A stretch of DNA of 64,000 nt from Azolla caroliniana (lineage: Eukaryota > Plantae > Polypodiophyta). The stretch lies in assembly GCA_043228905.1 (NCBI GenBank), contig JBHGNT010000009.1, positions 10,850,001 through 10,914,000 on the forward strand. The letters run 5' to 3'. The first letter of the stretch is position 1, and each line of letters starts with the position of its first letter. Of this stretch, positions 38,690 to 52,100 are shown in pieces. The notes below the pieces were generated by a model that saw only the letters and a list, made by a program, of their open reading frames with translations, was not told where the DNA came from and searched no databases. Both the position numbers and the translations under genes were made by a program.

Positions 38690-40204
38690 CCATGGGGCAT
38701 GAAAAAAAAGGAGAAATAATATTGAAGTTACCCTCAACTATGTTTGTCTTGATTCCCTCTCTCTCATTCTTTGTGCATCTCTCTCTCTCTCTCCCCTCAC
38801 ATTCGAAACCCCTTGGGAGGGGGGTGGAGCCGAGATCCATCAACACTTGGAGACCTACAAGGCCGAAATGATAATGAGGGACATCTCGGAGGCCAAACAG
38901 TTTTCCGAATTCCCACGGGTGGTAACGCCGAGTATCCACGCAGAAGTGCTCAAAGTCCAAACCGTTGGTTAGAATTAGTAGGAGTTCGAGGGACGGCTCC
39001 TCGAAAGGTACGACTTTGACGACTCGCTCTAGTTGTCGAAGAGGGAGTTCATGGCATGGATCAAGAGAAAAAGGGACGAATACGTCGTTGATGCACTTGA
39101 CTAGGTGAAGGTGGGTCTCCTATTGGACACGACTGAAGGGCTCAAGACCAATTGGGTTGTGGTCAAGAGAGTGTGCAACCGTTTTGACAAACGACAAGAA
39201 TGGAACAACGCGGGGTCGTCAAAGATCCCGACTCGGTCGGAAGAGACGAGACAGTGGCTCAAGTTGGGCGCAATTCCGTCCAATGTGGTTCAGGGACCGT
39301 CTGGGGCGCTGCTCTGGAAGATAGTGCGCGATCTTTAGATCGCTCAGGCTCGGAGGAAAGGCGGTGGTCAAGCGCGCGATCGGCGCCCATCGATCGAGCA
39401 AAGGTGCATGTGGTGCACCGACATCGCCCATATTCGGAGAGATTGTGTCGACTTTGGCAATGAACTTAAGAACAATGTGGTGTACATTTGGAACAGTCGG
39501 GTACATGTGAGTGACATGCAAAGGCCCCTGGAAATAAACACTAGAAAAGGCTGATGGAGAGGGTTGCAGCGCGGCACACCGTGACGGTTCATTACTTGAC
39601 ATCGTCGGTATTTGGGTCCAAGGGGAGAACAACAAGACGGGGAAGGACGTTGGATTTTGGCCGGTGGTGCTAGAAGGGTTCTCCGGAAAGAATCTTGTGA
39701 AGGAGGAAGCGGACCGAGCGGAGATGCTGGTCCTGGAGATCACCGGTGGAAGAGTAGACTAGATGCATAGAGGTTGCATGCCAAAACTATGAAGTTCTAG
39801 TCGAAGACAAGCGGGTTGGAAAGGCCGGAGGGGCATGCCCTTCCGGGAGATATGACAGCAAGAGAAAGCGAAAGAGAAATTTCCAAGCTTCCGACTGAGC
39901 TCGGAAATTGAGAAGACAACCGACCTATGGAAGGTCTTGGCAGAGTGGATCCTCTACAGTCGGGTCGAACTCTCACTAAGTTAAGTGCTAGGGATAGGAA
40001 AGAAAGAGTTCCACGACTCCATCATTGACCTCGTGAAGAGAAAGTGACTCTCGACGGAGCCTGAAAATGAGAAGTCGGTTGAGGTCAAGACGATGCTCAT
40101 TTATGAGGTGGTGGCGGAAGAAGAATATGCCGAAAGCCACTACACACAGCCGCATTGTGCAAGAGCGACAATGGAGACCCCGGTTCGGATTGGGGATGTG
40201 AAGG
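38690..40204 (+). mobile_element. Degenerate Gypsy LTR end plus gag remnant
   Basis: GLKTNWVVVKRVCNRFDKR and HCARATMET resemble the minus-strand gag at 58600-58900 and 48050-48090. Boundaries are approximate. Confidence 0.6.
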
Positions 40205-43200
40205 TCCATGATAGTTCGATTCATCCTCTCTGCAAGTCCGTTCAACTCAGGGGTCTTAGGCAGTGTATATTTGAGTCGAATACCTTTTGACTTGCAAATT
40301 CTTCGAACTGTCCTCTATACTCGCCACCATTGTCAGTTCAGACAACCTTCCGTGTTCGACCTGACTCTCTTTCAGCTCTGGCTTGGAACTCTTTGAAGAA
40401 CGACAATACTTTATCCTTTCACTTTAGTACGAAAGCCCACAACTTTCGACTGTAGTCTTCAATGAACATTAGGAAGTATTGTCCGCCACCATGCAATGGA
40501 GCATCCACGTAACACACGTCAGTGTGTACCAGTTCTAGTGCAACTTCTCTTCTCTTTGGTGGTCTCGAGTTGAACACAACTCTATTCTGTTTTCCGACTA
40601 GGTAGTCGACACATCTCTCCAAGTGCACTCATTTTACTTCTGGAAGAAGTTTCTGGTTGGCCAAGATATACATGCCTCTCTCACTCATGTGGCCAAGTCT
40701 CTTGTGCCACATCTCTACACTCAAGTCAGCTTCCATGTTTGGTTCGTCCTTGCAAAACTTGGCATGCATGTACAAAGTGTCCTGTTTCTATGCTTGGGCC
40801 ACTATGAGATTTCCCTAGTAGAACTGTTGGAAATGCGGCTGTATAACTGCGGAACAAACTCAACAGTCTTTTGTAAGGAGATCGTTAATAGATGCAATGA
40901 AGAAGATTGATGGCAACTTGAGATAGAATCAAGCAACAAGATCAATCAATAACGCAAGAGAGAGAGACGATTGGGCACAACGTAAATTATATTTCAACCA
41001 CTGTCAACCCCCTAAACTGAAACTAGGTTACAAGGTCAGTTTATATACTAACTAACTTAGGGCAACTGCCCTTCTCACTATTTACATAAATAGCCTAAAC
41101 CTAGTGTGTACAAAGGGAGACAGTGTGAATACGTCCATTAGAGACCCACATTCAACACTCCCCCGTAATGGGCGTATACATCGAAAATTTGTAAATTGAA
41201 ATGAATGTACAATACAGATTGATACAAGGTTTTCAAGCAAATCGAAATTTCGTTCGAGTTGGTGAACTTCGAAAAACTAAAGGCCAAACTAGCCAAGATT
41301 GGGGAAGTTAAAGCCGAACTACGAACTGTTGAAGTTGATTGTTCGAAAAACATCCTAAGTGTCCAACTTAATCGGACTGATTTTTCGTTACGCCCATTTG
41401 GTAACGAAGGGATCGGAATTGATCCGCCGAAAGACACTTGGTCATTCCATCTTCGACATTATCGGCTGCAGATATCTTCTCGAGGCCGATTTTCCTTAAA
41501 ATGATGCAGTCCCGAACAAAGTGATATCGGTTGTTCTTGGCCGGGTGCGACGAAGCCTTTCAACTGTTCCATATAAATTTCCTTCTCTAGATCACCATGG
41601 AGAAATGTCGTTTTGACATCTAGCTGAATCAGCTCCAAATTCTCGGATGCCACGACGCCGAGGATAAAGCGAAGGGTTGTCATTTTCACCACTGGTGAAA
41701 ACATTTCATCACAATCAACACCATATTCTTGTTGAAACCCTTTCCCAACTAATTTGTCCTTGAATTTTGGGGTGGCCAAATCAGATGTGTCTTTAATTCT
41801 ATAGACCCATTTGCACGGAAGCGCACGTCTATTTTTAGGTAGTTTGACCAAGTCCCAAGTTTGGTTTGCTCGAATGGAGTTCATCTTGGAATCCATTGCC
41901 AGATGCTAGGTGGCCGAATCGACAGATGCCGATGCTTCTTCGTATGGCGTCGTTTGTTCGACGTCTGTAAAGAAGATGCCAGGAGAATATCTCTCCAGGG
42001 ACAGTGATCGTCTCACGGATCTTCGAGGTATGACCGGACTAGTCGCATCGGGTGTCGAAGTCGGATGGTCAGAAGCCAAAACATTCGGATGTGTTGAGTC
42101 AGATTATGCTGATTCGGTACTAAAGATGTCGGCTACCCGTGAAGCCGATCTTGTGTTGTGTGTTGGGCCTTTGTGAAGGGTTGTCACATCTGAAAAAACT
42201 ACCCTTCGGACTTCGATCGACTTTTCAGCCGATTGATGCATGGCTGACTCATTGAACACTACATCCGAACTTTGGACGATTTGTCTGTGCTCGGGGTCCT
42301 AGAGTCGGTAGCCGATTTCGCCATCTGGTCCATAATTGGGGAAAATGCATTTCATAGACCTTGGTGCAAGTTTGCGACGATCGTCTTTTGGTATGAGGGC
42401 GTATGCCTCGCACCCGAAAATCCTCAACTTGTCGTAATTCGGCTTGCTGTTGTTCCATAGTTCCTAAGGTATCCAAAGTCCTAGAGGTCTACTAGGCGAC
42501 ATATTGATTATGTGTACTGTCGTAAGTAGTACCTCTGTGCAGAAGCATGGAAACTATCATTTCTTGAATTGTCTGATTCATCCGCTCGGCAATTCCGTTC
42601 TGCTCTGGATTGTGGGGGGTGTTGTATATTCACGTTGTATGCCGAGAGATTGATGTGGCATGGGGCCACAAACGTTTGAGTGGACTCGATTCTCTCGGTG
42701 CTGATGTCGAGTGTGAGGTTGCGATTTGTTTGCCGTACTGGCAGTGCTCGCAGAATTGATGATACGAGAAGGAGAGTTTAGGGATGTATCCGGCTCTAGA
42801 TAAATGTGTGATGCCGGCCTTGCTGAGGTGTTGGAGTCGTCCATGCCAAAGTGATGACATGGGAATGTCGACCAAGAACAAGTCACCCTCTCTGAGTGTG
42901 ACATATAATGGGTACAATGAGTGTACTTTCGGTCCTCGAGCAAGTAGGAGGTTCCCCCTGTGGAGTGTCACCCTCCTGATGAGAATCTGGCACAGATCTC
43001 GTCTTCTTCCAGTTGTCTGACTGAGATCAAGGGACTTGAGAGCTCAGGTACATGTCGGACATTGTGTAGTACCAAGGTAGAGCCACCTGGACGGTTGAGC
43101 TCTACTATGTTGATTCCAATAATTGCGGAGTGTTGCAAATTTCTGACTCGAACTGAGTTGTAGTGTCGGGCTAAGTATTGCCGAAATTGGGATCGATGAG

Positions 43201-46200
43201 GGGTCACATGAAAGGACGCACCCGAATCCAAGAGCCATGTGCTCGATTCCTCAGTTGTAAGCAGAATTTCTGATTCGATTGGGTTTTCAATGGATAGAAT
43301 GTTCAGGTCATTCGACAATACTTCGGTTGAAGAGCCGATGTAGTTGACCTCCTCATGCCAGTCACTCTTTTGATCTGCTCACTGAGCCTTATCATTTTTG
43401 GTCTTGAGTGCATGACAATCGGCTTTGATGTGTCTGGGTTTCTTGCAATAGTTGCAGACTCAATTATCCAGGGACTTGCTCTGACTTCGTTGGTTGTTCG
43501 GCTATCGTGAAGAACCTCTTCCTCGGTTGTTTGATCGATCGGTCAAACCTTGTACTACATACGCGTTATTGGCCGACTCATTTGCAAACAATTTCCTCTG
43601 AGCTGCTTCTGTCAGAATTGCGCTCGTGACTAAGGAGTATTTAACGGTCATAGTAGATCCATTGCACACGATTTTGATGAAAGTTTCCCATGAAGGGGGG
43701 AGACTACTCATAAGCAACATTGCTCTTAGTTCGTCCTCGATAGGCGTCCCCTAAGCCAAAATTTGGGAGCTCAGACTTTCGTACTCGTTGAGGTGTGCAT
43801 GGACCGAATCAAATTCTTTCATCTGAAGGTGATAGAGGCACTGTACCAAATATATATTCGTGGCGGCGACCTTCTTTTTGTAAGTGTCTTCCATAGCTGG
43901 AAGGCAGTCAGACACGATTGCACTGTAAAGTACATGGACTCCGATAGATGCATCCGAATAGTGGCTCAGACAATTCTGTCGAGCTTCTCCCATTCAAGGG
44001 GCTTGTATCCTTCTAGATAGAGCATTTTCGTTTTCGATGGGATCAATTTGCCCCTTGAGTATTAAATAGTCTTACATCTGCTCCTTCCAAAAGTTGAAGT
44101 TCGATCCATCAAACTTCCTTAGACTCATCTCTGATGAGCTGGATGTTGATGCCATCTATGTCGAATTTGGGAGGCTTTGTTCAGGGTTGGCTACGAACAA
44201 TGGTTGGGTGCAGTAGACTAGCTCACCCGAATTCATTCTAGCCGAGTTTGAACACACGCTGAATCTGATTCGAAATTCAGGAGACTCGATCTGAAGTGAC
44301 TATGGCTGACTAACCTAGTCGAGTTGGACCCGAGTATGTCGATTCGATTTCAAATGTCGATTTTCGAGATTTTCGAACACAGAGTATGTGTTTATTATTC
44401 AGGTCAATCATGCTTCAGTGATTACGACAATGAGAAGAATAGATTCAGCTAATCTTTCCGAATGTTGTCTAGCCAAATGATGCACGGAAGGGGGTTGTTC
44501 TTGGAGCCCAGGCTACTACGAGTGATTACAATGAGTGATTGACTAACGTTAGGTGAATTACTCGATTGTTGTCTAATCCAATGTAGTATGGCTAAGGCAG
44601 AGCTTATGAAGAGAAATCTCACTCCGAGCGGCTACAATCATAGGAGTGAAGTGCAGCCGATTGGCTCACTTCAATGGTGATTTAGAATAGTGGAGTGTAG
44701 ATTTTCCCGGTGTTTCTGTTCGCGAAAAACGATATTGTAGAGAGTTGCCAACCGAGATCTTCACGGTGTACAGAAGAAGAGTTGTTGATGGAAGTAAAGT
44801 AGACGATGACAACATAATCGAGAGAACCAAGCTTTGATACCAGATGTTGGGAACGCGGTCGTATAAGTGTGGAACAAACTCAACACTCTTCTGTAAGGAG
44901 ATTGTTAACAGATGCAATGGAGAAGATTGATGGCAACTAGAGATAGAATCAAGCAGCAAGATCAATCAATAACGCAAGAAAGAGAGATGATTGGGCACAA
45001 GGTAATTTATATTTCAACCACTTTCAACCACCCAAACTGAAACTAGGTTACAAAGTTAGTTTATATACTTACTAACTTAGGGCAACTGCCCTTCTCACTA
45101 TTTACATAAATAGCCTAAACCTAGTGTGCACAAAGGGAGACAATATGAATACATCCATTAGAGACCCACATTCAACAAGAACTTCCATTTGCCATTTCGA
45201 AAACTATCATTGTACCCTTCATTGTCCATTCTTCCAGTCGATATCAGATTCAACCCGATATCTAGCACATGTCGAACATCCCTCAGGGTCAAACAACAAC
45301 CCATTAACGTTGTCAGGCATACACTTACAATACCAACTATCTTGCATTCTCCATTGTCTCCCATCTTTACATGGTCGTAGTCACTAGCTGTGTAAGACGA
45401 GAAACACTCTCTCGACGGAGTTATATGGAACGATACACTAGAGTCTATCACCTAGATACACTCTTCATTTGCAAGATTTGCACTTGCTTGCTTGCAAATG
45501 AACAAAAACTCTTCTTCACTTGTAGTCATGGCTGATGTGCCCTTCTCTTTAGAAATCTTTTTGGGTTCAACATCAGTCAAAGCACCTTTTTCCCTTTTAA
45601 GGTGTCAACGGTCCTTTTGGAAGTGTTTAGGTTTTCCACAGTAAAAGCATGTAAGCTTTCCTATAGCCTTGGACCTGGCATGAGACTTTTCTCTCCTTTG
45701 TGGACTTCTCTACTTGCTTCTTCCTCTGTCGGGATGTTGTGCCACATTTGCCTCCTACTAGGATAGGATACCCTTGTCCTTCTTGTCTCCTCGTTCAGGA
45801 TACTTTGTTTTTACCACTTGCAAGGACAAGTTTTCTTCTTGGCATGAGGTATTGAGAGACACCACTAGGTTCTCCCACTATCGGGCATGGTATATAGTAG
45901 TAACAAGGCCTGCATAACATCATCTAATGCAAACTTTGTTGTCGCAAGCTGATTCAGCAACCCCATGAAGGTGTTAATGTGTATCATGATGCTTTCTCCA
46001 TCTCTATACTTTAGTCTGATGATCTTTCTCATCAAAGAGGTTTTGTTGAGGGCATTTTTCCTCTCATACAACCCTAACAGTTCATGCCACATTTCGTAGG
46101 CATTTGTGTCATTAGCCACATGTTGTAGGACACTCACGTCTATACATTGTTTGAGGGTGGCCTTCTTCTTCATGTTTAGGAGTTTATATTCAGACTACAA

Positions 46201-46694
46201 TGCCCCCTAGGTATTTCACTTCTATCTATGGGTTCGTACAAGTCTTTGACTATCAGGATATCTTCCATCTTGATCTTCTTATCAGAATAGTTGTATGAGT
46301 TAAGGGCTATCATACCTGGGAAGCCGCTCACACCTCCTTCCATTCTTGCACCTCATGCTCTGAGACCAGTTTGTTGTGTTTGGACTATGGATCTATGAGA
46401 AGGATAGACTGAAATAGTACATAACTCAGATTTGGAAAACAGAAAATGAAAAGAAAGAATGCACAATACACAATATTTACGTGGAAACCCTAAAATGGGA
46501 AAAACCACGTGACAACAGGTTTTCACCATGAACTGAGGTACAAAAGAAAACTTTCAAGTCTCTATAAAACAAAGAATATCCACTTACAATTTAGGCAAGT
46601 TTCAGGTCGTCGATTCGACTGCCAACTTCTTCCTAGACTTCGATTGTCGACTTCTCCCATAGGAGGGACAAGTTCAGGACTAACGTTATGAGAT

Positions 46695-46740
<46 letters not shown>

Positions 46741-46835
46741 GTGTACTTCGTCTCCATCTCTTAACTTAGAACTCTATGTATACCTAGTTGTCTGATATTC
46801 TGTTGTCGGTTAAGCCATCTTGTCTGCTAACAACA
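40205..46835 (-). mobile_element. 3'-truncated Tork/Tnt1-like Copia element, split by a nested Copia
   Basis: 5' LTR 46372-46835 (TGTTG...CAACA); PBS TGGTCTCAGAGC at about 46357-46368; gag at 45500-46340; PR IDSSVSFH at about 45440; INT ELVHTDVC...NGLAERMNRTI at 40205-40820. Confidence 0.88.
40825..45177 (-). mobile_element. Nested Copia element with both LTRs, lacking most of RT and all of RNase H
   Basis: LTRs 44845-45177 and 40825-41157; TSD AGAAC; PBS TGGTATCAAAGC at 44831-44842; PPT GGGGGAG. It carries gag, WLLDSGASFH and a partial INT; RT stops after GFVAPGQE at about 41530. Confidence 0.95.
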
Positions 46836-49126
46836 TCATACTTTTTACATGGTATTAGAGAGTTGTCGGGGTAATTGTGGTTCATGCGGCAAGGTCACAA
46901 AGACTAAAGTTAAAGGGAGTTGGCTAAATTTTAATAAGGTTTGTGTGACAATGTCACCGGGATTAGGGATATGAGGAATAAGAGTTAAAAGTAATGTGCG
47001 AGAGAGAGAGAGACGAGTAAGGAGAAGAGATAGAGACAATGTATGATTAAAGAAGCAAGAGTATACGATAAGAATATGTATTATATTGAAAAGACAAGAA
47101 TTTACCAAATTTACAATGCTTGATCGTAAAGATAAAACCTTTCTCTATCAATCTCTAGATTTGAACCCTCGACTTCAACTTCGATAGACAAGACACTTCC
47201 CCAAATGAGATTGAAAAATGATTTGATTTCTTACTTTCTCTTCCCTTTTTTCCTTAATTAATCCCTTGATTCCTTGCCTCTCTTTATCGGTTCTCTCATG
47301 CATATGATGATATGAGGGTGCATGTAACGCACGATCGCCATTTGGCGCACATGTGTTACATGTGATGCATGATAGCCATCATGCTCATCTAAGCTCTCTT
47401 GTATGAAGATACACATGTCATAACTTTGATGATAAAAATATAATTATAGAAAATAACTTATCCTAATAGTATATACTTCGTCCTTCGTATGTGAGGTTAT
47501 GGGTTTAAGTCTCTCAAATGTTACTCAATACAATATTGAAGTTTATTTTATATCGTAAAACAAATCCTTCACAACACCCACCCCTCTGAACTTGCACATT
47601 GGATGTGCAGAGTTCACTCAAAATCTTGAAAAAACCTCTTCATTCACCTCCTGAATTGGATGTTCCCTCAATCATTCTTTGTTTCTTTCATGGTTGGGCC
47701 TCACGGTTAAGAATTGGCTAGTCTTTCTTCCATCTTGACTCTTGATCCTCATGAAAGCTGAACCATCATCAATCACTGTTGTTTCCATCCTTATTGCGGT
47801 GATGTATGGTTGGCCAAGGATGACGGGGTAGGTTGATCGATCCTGTACAAAGAAATTTTGATCCACCAACACATCTCCAGTTGTTACCTTGACATTGGGA
47901 CATGCTGCGAACAGATCCTCCGTAGTCTTTGTGATAGCTCTTATTTTTCACCCATGATTCTTGTTGATCGGCCACCATCTATCGATTCTTCATGTTAATC
48001 TCAGATCCATGATTGATCAAAGCAATACAAGGAATATGTTGCTCCCCAACTTTTGTGGGTTGCCTTCGTCGTTGCTCGAGCCAAATGGTAATGACTCCTA
48101 TTCCCTTCATGATTTCCAAATTTTTTTATCTTCTTTACACCTACAACATTAATGCTGCCACGATCCAAATCTTGGAGTGTTGTTGTACACCCTCCACTAA
48201 CTTCCTCTGTCACATGTTTTATATCTGCAAGCTTGAAAGTTGGGTCTATCTTCCCTTTTACTTTATTAGCTTCTTTCGACTCAACAACATCCCTTTCCAT
48301 CTGTCTTCGCTCTTGTTCTTGTGTCTCATGCCTCTTTGTTGGATCAACCTCCTCAACACTCTTTTGCTTCTCTTCCACTGTTAGCCAGCCGGCAAGGAGT
48401 GAAGGACAGCCCAGAATATGGAAGGGCAGAAATAATCGGAGCCTGTTATTAGGATATTAAGTAATTAAGTAGATTTTAGAGAAGTGAATGGACGGACCGG
48501 TTCATATTAGGGTGCCGGTTGGCACTGTTTTGTAGGCAGAGCCAATGATCTATAAAAAGGCCTAGTTACATTGTAAATGACGACAGATAATTAATAAAGC
48601 TCTATTTCCTTATCTCTGTGTATTGATTTCCGTTCTGTGCTAATTACTTTCTATCTTACACGTGTATTAAGATTAAGGATCTGTTGATTAAGTAACAGAT
48701 TAAGGTCTGATTAATTGTCGGTCTAACTCTATTTCATCGTAACATCCTTTGGTGAAGTGTCTTCTGTAGACACCCTGTGTTAGGCTATTGTCCGACCCTA
48801 AGGAGTAACACAGTTTTTGGCGAGCACGATTCCTGCATAAGCACAACGAACAACGGCGGGAATGGATGACTAGACCAGCGAGGGGACCAGTTACGGATTG
48901 AAATTCATTCGGATCAATCATTTTCCAAAGTGATCCGGCGAGTGGCTGAGGAGTCCCTCCGTTTGCAACAAAATTTCCACCCCGACGAAGGAAGCAACTT
49001 GAGTAGTCTTCGGGAAACGGAATCCCTGCTGTAGGCATTAGCTGGAGGAGACGGTGATTCCGAACCATTTTCGGCCTTTGAATTAGACTCAAACGGCGAA
49101 TATAGCGCTCATTCTAATTACCGCAG

Positions 49127-52100
49127 CAGTCACGACACTTGTCATGAACACATGACAATTATGGCATCACCCGGACTTGAACCTCGAACCTTGTAATTCA
49201 TACTTGAAAACCTCAACCATTAAGATAGCTTATTGTTATATGAAACAATAAAAGCTAATTCTTGTATTACATTGATTATTGTAAAACCTCTAGATTATTC
49301 TAGAATGTTCTAGAATTTCCTAGAGCATTCTTGGTCTAGAACATTCTAGAACATTCTAGAAATCTCTAAGCTATTCTATAGGAACCTATAAATAAGGGCA
49401 TACATGTATTCTCAAATCAATTCGAATCAAACTGTCAGAACCAAGGATAAAAGATAGAGTGATGGAATAAGGATATTAGAGAACACGAGAAGAAAGGAAT
49501 GAAATACTAAGAGAAGAATGGATGTATAAGATAGAGAAAGAAAGAGAATGGATACAAGATATGTAATGAGAGCTAAATGGTTGGTTTCAGGATGGTCACA
49601 AAGGAGGATAAGAGAGAGAGAGAGAGAGAGAGAGAAATTAGGTGCCCTTTAGTAGAAAATATCATTGTCAAGGATCGAACTCGGGATTATTCTCCTAAAG
49701 TATATAGTTCTACCGATGCACCATATCCTTCTCATCAAATTTCAGCCATCACATTGCAACAATTGCGCCAAGTGGGAGGCAAGGAGGACCTTTTCTTATT
49801 TGCAGTATCAGTGGCACCTTCTAGTGTCACTCAAGGGAATTCAGAATCCAAATTCCCAAAAAATATCAAGACTATGCTAATGTTTTCGACAAAGTCAAAG
49901 CTAGTGTTCTTCCAAAGCATCGGCCGTACGACTGTCCTATTGATCTCCAACCAGGAAAAGAGCCACCGTGGGGTCCGATTTACAATTTATCACCCATTGA
50001 GCTTGAGGTTCTTCAAGAATACATCGTGGAAAATCTTGCACATGGGTTTATTCGACATCCAAAGTCTCGAGCTGGTGCTCCTATCTTTTTTGTGAAGAAA
50101 AAGGACGGCTCCCTTCATTTGGTCGTGGACTATTGAGGCTTAAATAAAGTCACCATAAGGAATATGTATGCTTTACCTTTAATCTTCAATCTCTTAGAAC
50201 GCATTGGTGGGGCATAGCATTTTACCAAAATTGATCTAAGGGGTGCATATAATCTTGTTCGAATTCGGCCGAGAGATGAGTGGAAAACAACATTTCGTAC
50301 TCGGTATGGTCATTTCGAGTATACAGTCATGCCTTTCAGGCTCACAAATGCACCTGCAGTATTCCAACATATGGCAAATGACATCTTCCCGGATTTCTTG
50401 GATATTTTTCTAATCATCTACCTAGATGATCTATTGATTTACTCTAAAACATAGGGGGAGCATGATATACATGTGTGGCAAGTACTTGAACGCCTAAGGA
50501 AGTATGGTCTTTATGCCAAACTTGAGAAATGCAGTTTTGATTGCAAACAAGTCGAATTTTTGGGATACACTATTTCATCCCAGGGTGTTTTCATGGACCC
50601 GACAAAAGGCCAAACAATATTGGAATGGAAACCCCCATGCTCAGTTCGGGATGCCCAGTGTTTCCTTGGATTTGCGAACTTCTATCACAAATTCATACAT
50701 AATTATTCAAGCATTGTGTTGCCCCTTACTCAACTCACCAAGAAAAATCAAGCATTTTTTTGGAGTATCGAAGCGGGCAAGGCTTTTACGCAGCTGAAAG
50801 AGGCATTCACATCAGCACCCATCCTAGCACATATTTATCATGAAAAGCCATTTACTATTGAGGCGGATGCATCAAACTTTGCATTGGGGAGTATCCTATC
50901 GCAACCAGGCGAGGATGGGCAGACACATCCAGTCGCGTTTCACTCGAGAAAATTTATTGTTTCGGAGATAAACTATGAGGTGCATGACAAGGAGTTACTA
51001 GCTGTGGTCGACTCATTCGAGCAATGGCGTCATTTTCTAGAAGGATCACCTCATCAGATTATCATTTATAGCGATCACAAAAATCTCACATATTTTCAAA
51101 TAGCTCGAGTATTAAATAGATGACAAGCTCGGTGGGCCCAATTTCTAACGCGTTTCGATTTCAAGATCATTTTTCGCCCCGGAAAACAACAAGGGAAAGC
51201 AGATGCTTTGTCTCGGCGTTCGTATCTAGCACTTTGACCTGGAGATCCGGCCTTTGACAATCAAAAGCAAATTCTCCTCAGGCCATCAAAGCTACAGGTA
51301 ACAACAATTTATGCCACCCCACTTGATTCTACCCTTCTTGACACTATTCGGCAACAACTTCATTCGGATGATTTCGCTAAGGATGTCTTAGCCCACTGTG
51401 GTTCAAGTTGTCCATCTTGCTCCACATTGCCAAGGTCATCTCAACATTATCAGGACTTCAAGTGGCAAGATGGCTTACTCTTCTACAAGAATCTCCTTTA
51501 CGTCCCCGACGGATCACCCTGACTTCAAGTGTTGGAATATTGTCATGATGCCCCCATGGCTAGACATTTTGGTATTTCCAAGACCATTGAGCTGGTGAAA
51601 CGTTCGTTCTGGTGGCCTCACTTGCAAAAATTTGTCGAAGATTATGTTCGCATTTGTGACACCTGCTGTCGCGCCAAAATACCCTGGCATCACCCTTATG
51701 GCTTACTACAACCATTACCCCCTCCCAACAAGCCATGGCAGTCTATTTCTATGAATTTCATTACGGATTTGCCACCTTCCAAAGGCTTTGATACTATTTT
51801 AACAGTAGTGGATCAGTTCACCAAGATGGCACATTTTGTACCATGTGTAAAGACCATCAATAGTGAAGAAACTGTAGATCTCATTATGCATGAAGTGTTT
51901 CGCCATCATGGTCTCCCGAATGATATTATTAGCGATCGAGGTCCTCAATTTATCTCACACTTTTGGAAGCACCTATGGGCAAGCCTCAAAATCTCTTGCA
52001 AACTCTCTACGGCTTATCATCCACAAATTGACGGACAAACAGAGCGCACAAATCAAACACTCGAGCAATATCTTCAATGTTTCATTAGTTATCAACAAGA

